This document shows, piece after piece, positions 36,972 through 46,560 of a stretch of DNA of 64,000 nucleotides. This stretch comes from an uncultured Acidimicrobiaceae bacterium (GTDB lineage: Bacteria > Actinomycetota > Acidimicrobiia > Spongiisociales > UBA5794). How positions within the stretch are numbered: the first letter of the stretch is position 1; each line of letters opens with the position of its first letter. The position numbers and the translations under genes are program-made. The stretch covers positions 6,171 to 70,170 of the forward strand of contig CAMYIJ010000013.1 of NCBI GenBank assembly GCA_947258375.1. The letters are read 5' to 3'. The notes under the pieces are model-generated. The model was not told where the DNA came from. It worked only from the letters and a program-made list of their open reading frames with translations, and searched no databases.

Positions 36972-38583
36972 TCAACCCCGCAGGGCGTGCTTGAAGAGGC
37001 CCGGCAGGTGGCGGGGGCCGGGGTCGGCGACGAAGCGGGTGATCTTGCGACCGATGTGGTGGGCCCGGCGATTGGTGACAAACCACGCCGGCTTCGGCGA
37101 CATGTGGAACTGGCCAGAACGCAAGGCCCTCGGGAAGGGCTGGAAGGGGCCGTACACGACCGATTTCTCCGCCTTCGAGAACAGCAGGGTGTTGTGCACG
37201 GTGCCGATGCCCCAATTCCTTGATCGTGGCGGGGTGGATGATGATGTCGGCAGACAGGGTTCCCCACAGGCGCTCGTTGCAGAACTCGACCGCCGCCTCC
37301 AGATAGTCGGCGGCGTTTGATCCCGGCAGGCTGGTCTGGCCGTACACGGGCCCGAACGCCTCGGTGCGGAAACAGTACTCGTCGGATTCCCAGTCGAGGC
37401 CCTTGATGACGGTGACCGGTGAGCCGTTCCCGTGGTGCTCCGCGTCCGGATAGGCGTCGACGAAGCCCTGCTGGCGATCGGCCACACCCGGGTAGTAGCG
37501 ATGCCGGGCCGGCAGCGACTTGATCGTGCCCGTCAGAGCGTCGAGCAGCGATGCCGACCTGTCCCACGACTCCGGAAGCACCAGCACCTGCGAGGCGACG
37601 CAATTGAAGCCGCTGTTGTGGAGCTTCTGGGTGGTCAGGTGCTCGGCCTGAAAGGCAATGTCGGCATCACTCCACGGGCCGGGGACCACGATGGCCGGGG
37701 TGACGTTGCCGAGCTCGCTCGTGACCTTCTTCTGGGTGAACGGTTCATTGCGCTTCTTGCGCTCCGCGCCGTCGGGGCCGGTGCCGTAGACGATGGCGTC
37801 GTGAGTCTTCTCGCCACCGGTGACGTGAATCGTGTCGATCCCGTCGTGGCGCACGAGGTACTCGCCGACGTCGGCCCCGCCGTAACAGATAGCGAAGTAC
37901 CCGGCGTCGATCAGCGGGGCGAAGATCGCTTCGAATACCGGGCCCAGGTCATCGATGAGCGGGTGCATCTTGAGGAGACAGACCTCGCCTTCTCCGAACA
38001 TCTTGGAGAGAACATCGAGCGGGGCGATGCTGGTGATGTTGGCGGCTCCCAATATGAGCCCGACGGCGCCCCCGGGCTCCGCCTCCCGATAGAAGCTCGC
38101 CATCGTCGACGTCACGTCGGCGGCTCCCACACCCGGCTCCATCCACACCTCGGCCGAGTAGCCGCTGAACAGCAGCCGGTCGTACATGTTGTGCGGGAAG
38201 ACCTTCGCTACCACCCGCCCGCCGGGACCGCTGCGCAGCGCCCCCTTCTGTAGCGGGGGGTTCTCGCCGGAGGCCAACGCCTCGAGCGTCTCCAGCTGGA
38301 GGTTGATATGGCTGATCAGGGCCCACGGCCCCGAGGCCCACTCCTCACCCGTCAGTGGGGAGTCCAGCGAAACCCGCTTGATGCGCGTTGTGATCTGTAC
38401 CCAATCGTGATCGCGCTTAGCGGCCTCCCGGCGCACGTCCTCGAGGAGGCGGATCTTGTCCCGAATTGCGAGGCGCGCCCACTGCTGCTTGTGATCTTGC
38501 AGACCCTTGATCTGGTGATCGAGTTCGATGGAATTGAACGTGTGTTGCAGAATGGCTCCGGAGTCGCTGATACGAGCGTACAC
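36972..38583 (-). pseudogene. Aldehyde dehydrogenase family gene with a frameshift near 37215 (either a sequencing error in a GGGG run or a pseudogene)
   Basis: Frame A (38583 down to about 37225) carries ALDH motifs (ELGN, FNCVASQ catalytic Cys, EAFGPV), then degenerates into a Pro/Arg-rich tail to 36886. The protein-like C-terminus continues in another frame (...NWGIGTVHNTLLFSKAEKSVVYGPF...) ending at 36972, which also restores a normal gap to the next gene. Confidence 0.65.
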
Positions 38584-38636
38584 CCGGCCTGCGGGCTGAT
38601 CCAGACGGTTATCGGTGACATGACAAGGGAGTGCTC

Positions 38637-40268
38637 ATGGCGAGCTTGCACGGCGGACAGATCATTGCTCGGGCGCTGCGCGCCGAAGGCGTCGACACCA
38701 TATTCACACTGACGGGCGGCCACATCCTCCCGATACTCGACGGGTGCGTCCTGGAGGGCATCCGGGTGGTCGACGTGCGCCATGAGCAGTCGGCGGCTCA
38801 CGCCGCGGAGGCTTACACCCGACTGACCGGCAAGCTGGGCGTCGCCGTCGTCACAGCCGGGCCCGGCGTCACCGACACGGTGACCGGAGTGGCCTCGGCG
38901 TACTACGCCGCAGTGCCGATGCTGGTGATCGGCGGTCGCCACTACATCCGCCAGGAGCTGCGCGGCGGCCTTCAGGAGATGGACCATCCCCGCCTGTTCC
39001 ATTCAATCACCGGGTGGGCGGCGACCGCCTGGCAGGCCGACCGACTGGCCGACTACGTCGCCACGGCCGCACGCCACGCCTTCACCGGTCGTGGCCGGCC
39101 GGTATTCCTCGACGTTCCGTTGGAGGTGCTGGCGGAGACGATCCCCGAGGAGTCCCTCGACTTCGGGACCCGTTACCGAACGAGAGAGCCGGTAGGCGCC
39201 GACGTCGACCAGTTGCGGCAGGCGGCCCAACTGCTCGCCAAGTCCGAACGCCCGGTCGTGTTCGCCGGCGGCGGGTTGCGACCGGCTGCTGCCGGCGCCC
39301 TAGTGCCCTTCGTCGACGCATTGCAGGCGCCTGTGTACTTGAACGGTGCCGCGCGGGGGGCCCTCCCCCACGGCCATCCATTGCTCGGCAAACGCTCGCG
39401 CAAGGTGGCGTTCGCAGGTGCGGATCTCGTCCTGGCACTTGGCGTCGATTGGGACTTCCGCACCGGCTACGGCAAAGCGATCGCGTCTGATGCCACCGTG
39501 ATCCATGTCGACGCAGACGCCACAAAGATCGGCTGGAATCGGCCCGTCGAGCTGGGCATCGTTGCCGATCCGGCCCGCTTCCTCGAGTTGGCTGAGGGAG
39601 AAGCCGCCGCATTCGCACGAGCCGAGGCACCGACTTGGACCACCGAGATCATGGCGGCCGAAGCCTCCGCCAACGCCACCGCGGCAGACGCGGCCGCCTC
39701 CGACGAGAGCCCGATCCACCCGGAACGATTTGCTCGCGAGGTGGCGGACTTCTTCGGCCCGGACGCCATCGTCGCCGTCGACGGTGGCGATGTGGTGTCA
39801 ACCACGGCGTCGTGGCTACAGGTGTCTCACGCGGGTCACGTTCTCGACCCGGGACCCTTCGGCACGCTCGGAACCGGAGCGCCCTTCGCCCTTGCCGCCA
39901 AGGTCCTCTTCCCGGAGAAGGTCGTCGGGATCGTCTACGGAGACGGCGGCTTCGGCTTCAACGGCATGGAGTTCGACACGTTCGTGCGTCTCGGCCTCCC
40001 GGTGATCGGCGTCGTTGGCAACAACGGCGTATGGGGAAACATCAAAACGATCCACCGCACGATGTTTCCCGACAGGCTGGTCGCCTCCGACCTCGGTATC
40101 CGCCCCTATCACGCCATGGTGGAAGCGCTGGGTGGATACGGCGAGTTCGTGGATCAGCCCGACGAGCTGCGCCCAGCCCTCGACCGGGCGCTGGCGAGCG
40201 GCCTCCCCAGCTTGATCAATGTTCACGTGGCCGAAGTGATGCGCCTCGGCTCCATCTACTCCATGTAG
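38637..40268 (+). CDS. Thiamine-diphosphate-dependent enzyme (acetolactate-synthase large subunit-like)
   Basis: AAGGGAG RBS; N-terminal TPP-Pyr domain; C-terminal GDGGFGFN...NN TPP-binding motif. Confidence 0.85.
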   Translation: MASLHGGQIIARALRAEGVDTIFTLTGGHILPILDGCVLEGIRVVDVRHEQSAAHAAEAYTRLTGKLGVAVVTAGPGVTDTVTGVASAYYAAVPMLVIGGRHYIRQELRGGLQEMDHPRLFHSITGWAATAWQADRLADYVATAARHAFTGRGRPVFLDVPLEVLAETIPEESLDFGTRYRTREPVGADVDQLRQAAQLLAKSERPVVFAGGGLRPAAAGALVPFVDALQAPVYLNGAARGALPHGHPLLGKRSRKVAFAGADLVLALGVDWDFRTGYGKAIASDATVIHVDADATKIGWNRPVELGIVADPARFLELAEGEAAAFARAEAPTWTTEIMAAEASANATAADAAASDESPIHPERFAREVADFFGPDAIVAVDGGDVVSTTASWLQVSHAGHVLDPGPFGTLGTGAPFALAAKVLFPEKVVGIVYGDGGFGFNGMEFDTFVRLGLPVIGVVGNNGVWGNIKTIHRTMFPDRLVASDLGIRPYHAMVEALGGYGEFVDQPDELRPALDRALASGLPSLINVHVAEVMRLGSIYSM

Positions 40269-40295
40269 GGCAACGCCTGCGGCGTTGCTTGCAAG
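40269..40295 (+). terminator. Putative intrinsic terminator after the TPP-enzyme gene
   Basis: gcaacgcc-tgc-ggcgttgc hairpin (8 bp) directly after the TAG, followed by ttgcaagtttgg. Confidence 0.5.
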
Positions 40296-40565
40296 TTTGG
40301 CTGGCGCCAAACTCGGGGCAACGTCTCCTCCCCCGTTTGACACGAAGTGGCAAACGTCTGGGGGAGGTGCCCGAGGAACGAGGGCGGAGGGGGAAGCCAA
40401 GACGCGACGGACAGCTTGATGCGCGTACGCCGCGCCGGGCGCTGGTCGCGCCACCTCTGCGTGGAGTTGCGCAGCAACTCCCAAGGAACCCGAAGGGTTC
40501 CCGCCCACCTCGCCCCCCAATTGTTGCCCGCCGAGGACGGCGTGCAACGGGGGGAGAGACAGCGC

Positions 40566-41621
40566 CTACCGTGCGATGCGGTAGTAGATGTGGGTGGGAT
40601 CGGGGGTCTCGAGCTGTTCGAACGTGGTGAAGCCGGCGCCTGCGACGAGTTGCGCGAGCGTGTCCGGGTCCAGACCGAGTGCGCCGAGTCCAAGACCATC
40701 TTCCGTGATGGTGCCCGAAGCCAGACAGCTCGACACCGAGTAGCCGTACATCAGCGCCTGCACCGGATTGCCCTGATTCGACTCATAGGTTGGCCCGCAC
40801 CGCATCTCCTTGACCAGCCACGTCCCGGCCGGGGCAAGGGCGCCGCGGATCGCGGCCGCTGTCAGGTCGGGACGGGCCATGTCGTGCAGGCAATCCAGCG
40901 TCATGACCAGATCGAATCCCTGCTCGTCGAGAAGCGTCTCGCCCCCCTCCAAATGGAACTCGACGTTGTCGCGGCCTGCGAAGCGCTCCCGAGCGACCTC
41001 GACCGCCGGCCCCGAGGAGTCCATCCCGACGAAGCTGGCGTTGGGATACCGATCGGCCAACCCTTCGAGAGCTACTCCCCCACCGCAGCCGATATCGAGC
41101 ACCCGGCCACCCGCTTCAAGCTTCTCGACGGTGCCGGACAGCATCGGAATCACCACCGCAGGGAGGAAGTCGCGCAGCCAGGGCGCATTCATTCGGTTGA
41201 TCTGGCGTGCTTGATCGATGCCCATCTCACCGTAGGTGAAGCCGATACCGGTCTTCATCGAATGCTCCATCCGGTCGTAGTCCTCCCGGCTGAACCCTCC
41301 GCCAAATGCTGCAGTGGCAAAGAGCAGGCTGTCTTCATCCACCAGCACCGCCGCCTGCTCATCGGTGAGCGAATAGAACCCGTCGACCGATCGTTCGACG
41401 AGTCCCGCGGCCGCCTGGCTGAGCAGCCACTCCCGCAGCCAGCGTTCGTCGAACCCGGTGGCGTCGGCGAGAAGCTCTGAGGTTGCCGGGCCCTGCGTGT
41501 ATATGGCCTGGTAGAGACCGAGCCGGTCGCCGAGGTGCACCATTGCCGCGACCATTTCGCCCTGGACGTAGTCCCACACTTTGAGCGAAAACGCTTTGGC
41601 AGTGTCGAGATCGAACGACAA
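40566..41621 (-). CDS. Class I SAM-dependent methyltransferase with an N-terminal winged-helix-like domain
   Basis: SAM motif VLDIGCGGG, motif II ...FDLVMTLD.LHDM. Confidence 0.8.
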   Translation of the reverse strand: MSFDLDTAKAFSLKVWDYVQGEMVAAMVHLGDRLGLYQAIYTQGPATSELLADATGFDERWLREWLLSQAAAGLVERSVDGFYSLTDEQAAVLVDEDSLLFATAAFGGGFSREDYDRMEHSMKTGIGFTYGEMGIDQARQINRMNAPWLRDFLPAVVIPMLSGTVEKLEAGGRVLDIGCGGGVALEGLADRYPNASFVGMDSSGPAVEVARERFAGRDNVEFHLEGGETLLDEQGFDLVMTLDCLHDMARPDLTAAAIRGALAPAGTWLVKEMRCGPTYESNQGNPVQALMYGYSVSSCLASGTITEDGLGLGALGLDPDTLAQLVAGAGFTTFEQLETPDPTHIYYRIAR

Positions 41622-41654
41622 ATGGCTCCTTCCGGCGTGCCGTAAACCTACCGG

Positions 41655-42065
41655 CTACCGGGGCATGGCCGCCAACTCGTCGAGCAGTGCCCGAACCCGC
41701 CGTTCGATTTCGTCGCGGATCTCCCGAACCGTCTCGATGCCCCGCCCGGCCGGGTCGGTCAACTCCCAGTCGATGTAGCGGACGCCGGGCACGTAGGGGC
41801 ACTCGTCGCCACATCCCATCGTGATCACAACATCGATCCTCTCGAGCATGGCTTCGGTCCAGCCCTGCGGCTGGTACCCGGCGATATCGATGCCGACTTC
41901 GGCCATCGCGGCGACGGCAACCGGGTTGATGTGATCCGCAGGGTCACTGCCGGCTGAATAGACGACGATGGCGTCGCCGCCAAGGACGCGCATCCACCCG
42001 GCGGCCATCTGCGACCGGCCGGCATTGTGGACACAAAGGAAGAGCACCCGGTGCGTCACGTCCAT
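41655..42065 (-). CDS. arsC: Thioredoxin-coupled arsenate reductase / LMW protein-tyrosine-phosphatase family (ArsC)
   Basis: P-loop CVHNAGRSQMA (CX5R) near the N-terminus, plus downstream Cys residues as in Trx-coupled ArsC. Confidence 0.85.
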   Translation of the reverse strand: MDVTHRVLFLCVHNAGRSQMAAGWMRVLGGDAIVVYSAGSDPADHINPVAVAAMAEVGIDIAGYQPQGWTEAMLERIDVVITMGCGDECPYVPGVRYIDWELTDPAGRGIETVREIRDEIERRVRALLDELAAMPR

Positions 42066-42107
42066 GGTGAGGATTGTTGCACACAGGGGTCCTCTAGCAT
42101 CGCGCCC

Positions 42108-42623
42108 ATGATCTCGCTGGCCGGACCTTTCTTCATGTTTGCCACTTTGCTGGTGATCACCGGGGTGCCCAAAGTCACCAGCCCAGGGGGCACGGCTCGG
42201 GCGCTCTACTCACTGGGGCTACCGGCGACACTGAATACGGAGCGTCTGATCGGGGCGATCGAGGTCGCCGCGGGTCTGGCGGCGCTGCTGCTCGGCGGTT
42301 GGCCGGCGGCGGCGGCGATTGCGCTCGTGTACATCGGATTCTCGGTGTTCATTGCGCTGGCGTTGCGATCCGAAGAGGTGAAGAACTGCGGCTGCTTCGG
42401 CGAGAAGGATGTCCCCCCGAGCCTTCTGCACCTGGGAATCGACCTGACAGCGGCCGGGGTGGCGGTCGTCCTGGTGGGCCGACCGATCGGGGCGATCACC
42501 ACGGTGATGACTGAGACCCCGTGGGCCGGAATCCCGCTGCTGGTACTAGTCGCCCTGGGGGCGGGCCTGGCGTTGCTGGTCTTGAAGCTGGTCCCGGCCG
42601 CCCCGGCGGAATCCCCGACATGA
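42108..42623 (+). CDS. MauE/DoxX-like membrane protein
   Basis: Four TM helices with the NCGCFG motif characteristic of the MauE family. The start at 42108 avoids overlap with arsC. The stop overlaps the next start (ATGA). Confidence 0.65.
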   Translation: MISLAGPFFMFATLLVITGVPKVTSPGGTARALYSLGLPATLNTERLIGAIEVAAGLAALLLGGWPAAAAIALVYIGFSVFIALALRSEEVKNCGCFGEKDVPPSLLHLGIDLTAAGVAVVLVGRPIGAITTVMTETPWAGIPLLVLVALGAGLALLVLKLVPAAPAESPT

Positions 42624-43168
42624 CCGTCCTCGTTGTTGCCGAAGCCGTCGTCATTGCCCTGCTCGGGATTCTTGTCATCGGTCTGCTGCGGCGAAACTCC
42701 GCGATCCTCGCCGACTTGAACGACGCAAACGAAACGGTGCCCGACCCGGCGGGCCCGGGCACCGTTGCCCGCGACATCGCCGGCGTCGGGCTCAACGGCC
42801 AGATTGTCGGGATCAACGTGCGTGAACCCGATAGGCCGACCCTGCTTGCGTTCATGTCGACGACCTGTGCGACGTGCAGTCACTTCTGGAAGCGGTTTGG
42901 CGAACGCGAGGCGCTGGCAACGCTCGGCGACACGCGGCTGATCATCGTCACATACGGCGACAGCCACGAGCGGCCCGCCGACGTCGCCGAAGTGGCGCCG
43001 ACCAACATCCCGCTGGTGATGTCATCGATCGCGTGGCGAACGTACAGCATCCCGGGATCGCCCTACTTCGTCATGGTCTCCGGAGCAACCGGGCTGATCA
43101 CCGCCAAGGGCTCTGCCGCCAACTGGGATCGCCTGCTCGAACTCACAGGACCGGCCGGCGCCGCCTGA
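42620..43168 (+). CDS. TlpA/MauD-like thiol:disulfide oxidoreductase (thioredoxin fold, membrane-anchored)
   Basis: N-terminal TM helix; redox motif STTCATCSHFW (CxxC). Translationally coupled to the MauE-like gene. Confidence 0.75.
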   Translation: MTVLVVAEAVVIALLGILVIGLLRRNSAILADLNDANETVPDPAGPGTVARDIAGVGLNGQIVGINVREPDRPTLLAFMSTTCATCSHFWKRFGEREALATLGDTRLIIVTYGDSHERPADVAEVAPTNIPLVMSSIAWRTYSIPGSPYFVMVSGATGLITAKGSAANWDRLLELTGPAGAA

Positions 43169-43228
43169 CCGGGCGACACACCGACCTGCAGGGTCCCCGG
43201 ACCCGGCACTCCGACCGCCCGATCTGAC

Positions 43229-43741
43229 CTAGGGGACCGACAGCTTGAAGAGGTCGCTGCCCACGACCACGCCCGCACCGTTCTTGATGTGGAGTGTGTA
43301 CAGATAGTCACCGCTCTCCCAGGTGCACGTCGGAGCGTTCACGTTGGGGATGACGACAATCCGGTAGACACCGTCACCGTGATTGGATAGGCGGGTCGGG
43401 GTAACGCCGCATCCACCGGGCCCGACGGTCAGGTTGGACAGAACGATCTTCGCGGGAAGCGAGATGCCTCCATTGTCGGTCGGAATGTCGCCCGAAAGCC
43501 CCGTCACCGGCCTCTGGGTTCGCGCATTCGTCACCAGGAAGGTGATGTGGGCGATGCCCTTGGTGTTGGCAAAGGCGAGGCCGCCGTTCACTTCAGTATC
43601 GACTTCGAAGCCCGTCACGTTCTTCGGCGCGACCACAGCGCTGGCATTGGTTTGCGCCGTCAGCAACAGCGCAGCAGTCAACGTCAGGGCCACTCCGGCA
43701 GCCAACAGCTGGCGCCAGTTACGCATGACAATCGTGTTCAC
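43229..43741 (-). CDS. Secreted hypothetical protein
   Basis: AAGGAGG RBS 6 nt upstream of ATG 43741; signal peptide ...LLLTAQTNASA|VV. Confidence 0.6.
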   Translation of the reverse strand: MNTIVMRNWRQLLAAGVALTLTAALLLTAQTNASAVVAPKNVTGFEVDTEVNGGLAFANTKGIAHITFLVTNARTQRPVTGLSGDIPTDNGGISLPAKIVLSNLTVGPGGCGVTPTRLSNHGDGVYRIVVIPNVNAPTCTWESGDYLYTLHIKNGAGVVVGSDLFKLSVP

Positions 43742-43938
43742 GGTCCCCTCCTTCGGGGTCTAGATGGTCCGACTGTCCCATCATGACTGCCAACGCGGCG
43801 TCGCTCAATGGGATATCTGACCCCGGCACCGCGGTCGACTCCGATTCCACAGGAGCCCGCATGAGAACCACACTCACGATTCCCGCGACCCGCGCGTATA
43901 TTTCGGGGAGACACACCTGGGGAGAATGGGAGGTTGCC

Positions 43939-44988
43939 ATGCGCAACTCGAAAGTCTTCGTCTTTCTCGCGACGCTCGGAATGGTGGTGGCCCTGGTTGG
44001 CGCGGTACCGGCCGCGGCGTCGCACGGAGACGCCGGCAAAGCCTGCATCGTCAACTCAATCGGCGGTCCGGACAACCCCTTCAACATTGACACCGCCGAG
44101 GGAGCCAAGGACGCTGAGGCGAAGCTCCACGTCGATGTGGAGATACTCGATGCGATGACCGAGACCGAGGTCATCGCCAACATCGACCTGTTCTTGACGG
44201 CGGGCGATTGCGACTTGATCATCGGCACCGGTTTCATCTCCGGCGGCTTGCTCGAGCCGTTCATCGCGACCAACCCCGATCAGAGGTTCGCCCTGATCGA
44301 TTTCGGCTTTGGCGGGTTCTACCCGAACGTCGCTGAGGTGGTCTTTCGGGTTGACCAGTCCGGCTTCCTGGCCGGATATCTCGCAGCTGGACTGAGCACG
44401 ACCGGCGCGGTTGGCACATTCGGGGGGATCCCCTTCCCGACCGTGACCGCGTTCATGGATGGCTACGCCCTGGGCGTCGAGTGGTACAACTCGGTGTATG
44501 GGACGACGGTCGAGGTGCTGGGGTGGGATCCGGATACTCAGACCGGGCTATTCACCTTCGACTTTCAGAACCCCGCAGCCGGCCGGGCGGTGGCGGCCGA
44601 TCTGTACGACCAGGGAGCTGACACCGTCTTCCCCGTGGCAGGCCCCACCAGCTTCGGCGCCTGGGACGAGGCGGTCGATCGTAAAGCAGCGGGTGAGGAG
44701 GTGCGGGTGATCGGCGTTGACTTCGATTGGGCCGGCAGCTTCGGCGATCCCGACCGGGTCATCCTGACCAGCGTGATCAAGGACTACGGCCCGGCCGTGT
44801 TCGACCAGATCGCCGCGCTCGTCGACGGCTCATGGAGTGCCGGATTCGGGTTCGTGGACCTGGAGGGCGAGGCAACCGATATCGCTCCGTTCCACTATCT
44901 GAACTCCGCCGTTCCCGGGTTTCTCAAGAACGATTTGAAGGATCTCCGTGCCGGCATCATCGACGGCACCATCCCGACCTACCCGTAG
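43939..44988 (+). CDS. BMP-family (Med/PnrA-like) ABC-transporter substrate-binding lipoprotein
   Basis: GGGAGG RBS 5 nt upstream of ATG 43939; signal peptide; BMP-family motifs (...DCDLIIGTGF..., ...FALIDFGFGG...). Confidence 0.85.
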   Translation: MRNSKVFVFLATLGMVVALVGAVPAAASHGDAGKACIVNSIGGPDNPFNIDTAEGAKDAEAKLHVDVEILDAMTETEVIANIDLFLTAGDCDLIIGTGFISGGLLEPFIATNPDQRFALIDFGFGGFYPNVAEVVFRVDQSGFLAGYLAAGLSTTGAVGTFGGIPFPTVTAFMDGYALGVEWYNSVYGTTVEVLGWDPDTQTGLFTFDFQNPAAGRAVAADLYDQGADTVFPVAGPTSFGAWDEAVDRKAAGEEVRVIGVDFDWAGSFGDPDRVILTSVIKDYGPAVFDQIAALVDGSWSAGFGFVDLEGEATDIAPFHYLNSAVPGFLKNDLKDLRAGIIDGTIPTYP

Positions 44989-45011
44989 CGACGCATTCAC
45001 CAACAAACGGA

Positions 45012-45041
45012 GAGGAGGGCGGTTCGATGGCCGCCCTCCTC
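45012..45041. terminator. Bidirectional terminator hairpin between convergent genes
   Basis: gaggagggcgg-ttcgatgg-ccgccctcctc (11-bp perfect stem) between the BMP (+) and SGNH (-) gene ends. Confidence 0.55.
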
Positions 45042-45071
45042 ATATGCCCTATCGGCGTGATGGAGTCAGCC

Positions 45072-45989
45072 TCAATTCAGTAGCCCAAGGCCGTCGATCA
45101 GCTCGGCGAAGGTCGTTGCGATCTTCTTGTATCCCTGGTTGGAGGGGTGGATGTCAGTTTGGGGGCCCGGGGTCACCGGGTCGTAGTCACTGAAGACGAA
45201 TTCGCTGCCCTGCTTCTCGCACATCCGCGTGTATTTGCACACTGCGCGCACGTTGGTGGGCACGGTGCCGTTCGTGTTGTAGGTCCTGAAGGCCGTCTCC
45301 ACGTCGGCGACCGGCACTCCGAGAGCCCCGTATACCGCTTCGAGGGTCCCGTTGAAAGGTGTGGTGAACGCCAAAGCCGCCTCGGCCAGGGCCGGGTCGA
45401 TGAGCCACGAAGCCAGGTTTGGCTGGTAGTAGTTCATCGCCACAATCGGAACGCCCGGCGCTGCCGCCTGGAGCGTGCCGATGATCACCGGCAGGGTGGC
45501 GCCGATCTGGCCGAGCTGGGTCGCCAGGCAGGTAGCCACGTCGGGATCATTGGCATCACACGCCAGGATGTCGTTGGCGCCCATAGTGATCGTGATGAGC
45601 TCGACTTCGCCGGGATGCGAAGCCAGGTACGCGACCGCAGCATCGAGCTGCGAAGTACCGCCCGGCGGGAGGACGGCAAACGGCCCGTAGCAGAGCGACC
45701 CGAACGGTGAGGCGCCGCCGATGCCGCTGACCATCTCCACCGTGTCATCGGCCGGGCAGGCCAGGTTGACGAAGTTGTCGAATCCGTACTCGTTGTGCAG
45801 ATGCCGATAGAGGCGGTTGGCGTAGCTGTTGTCGGTGAAAGGCGCCGGTTGCTGTGTCCCGGCCGCAACCGAGTCACCCAGTGCCAGGTACGTTCCCCCT
45901 CCCTCGTGGCCGTCGGCCGACGCCGGAGCGGCCCCGACGACACTGACTACGAGTGCGGCTGCCACCAGCAGCACGATGCGACGTCGCAT
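45072..45989 (-). CDS. SGNH/GDSL-family hydrolase (secreted)
   Basis: Signal peptide MRRRIVLLVAAALVVSVVGAAPASA; GDS(L) motif YLALGDSVAAG; C-terminal DxxH region. Confidence 0.8.
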   Translation of the reverse strand: MRRRIVLLVAAALVVSVVGAAPASADGHEGGGTYLALGDSVAAGTQQPAPFTDNSYANRLYRHLHNEYGFDNFVNLACPADDTVEMVSGIGGASPFGSLCYGPFAVLPPGGTSQLDAAVAYLASHPGEVELITITMGANDILACDANDPDVATCLATQLGQIGATLPVIIGTLQAAAPGVPIVAMNYYQPNLASWLIDPALAEAALAFTTPFNGTLEAVYGALGVPVADVETAFRTYNTNGTVPTNVRAVCKYTRMCEKQGSEFVFSDYDPVTPGPQTDIHPSNQGYKKIATTFAELIDGLGLLN

Positions 45990-46074
45990 TTTCCATTCCC
46001 TTCTTCGCTGGCAATGAGCATAGCGAACACTCTCTGCAGTAGCCCGTATACGCAAAGGATCGGAGGCAGCCGAC

Positions 46075-46560
46075 TCAGATGGGGCGGCGCCGCTTGCTGG
46101 ATATCACACCGGTGTCGAAGCCACCCAGGTGGAGCTTGCCCGAGAATCTGGCATGCTCGATCTTCAGACACCGATCCTGTACGACGTTGAGGCCGGCCGC
46201 GATCGCCTTCCTGGCCGCCTCATCGTGACGTAGCCCCAGCTGCAACCAGACCGTCGGTGCGCCGACAGCAATCGCTTCATCGACCACGCCCGGAATGGCT
46301 TCCGGGGCACGGAACACATCAACGATATCGGGAACCTCGGGCAGGTCGGCGAGTGTCGGGTAGCACTTGACCCCCAGAACCTCGTCGTAGGCAGGGTTCA
46401 CGGCGTAGACCCGAAATGGGGTACGCACGAGGTAGGTGGCCACAAAATTGGACGACCGCAGCGGGTTCGCCGAGACACCGACGAGGGCGATCGACTCGGC
46501 ACTCCGCAGAATGCGGAGACGTTCCTTGGCGGTGGCTTCCGGGACGGCAGCGACGGTCAT
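46075..46560 (-). CDS. CoA-binding domain protein (YccU-like)
   Basis: ...IALVGVSANPLRSSNFVATYL... CoA-binding Rossmann-like signature. The start overlaps the metY stop (ATGA). Confidence 0.8.
   Translation of the reverse strand: MTVAAVPEATAKERLRILRSAESIALVGVSANPLRSSNFVATYLVRTPFRVYAVNPAYDEVLGVKCYPTLADLPEVPDIVDVFRAPEAIPGVVDEAIAVGAPTVWLQLGLRHDEAARKAIAAGLNVVQDRCLKIEHARFSGKLHLGGFDTGVISSKRRRPI

Noticed and set aside
36886-37225. Pro/Arg-rich C-terminal tail of the single long ALDH ORF
   Set aside because: The composition becomes non-protein-like exactly where an alternative frame becomes protein-like. I interpret this as a frameshift artefact rather than a real C-terminal extension.
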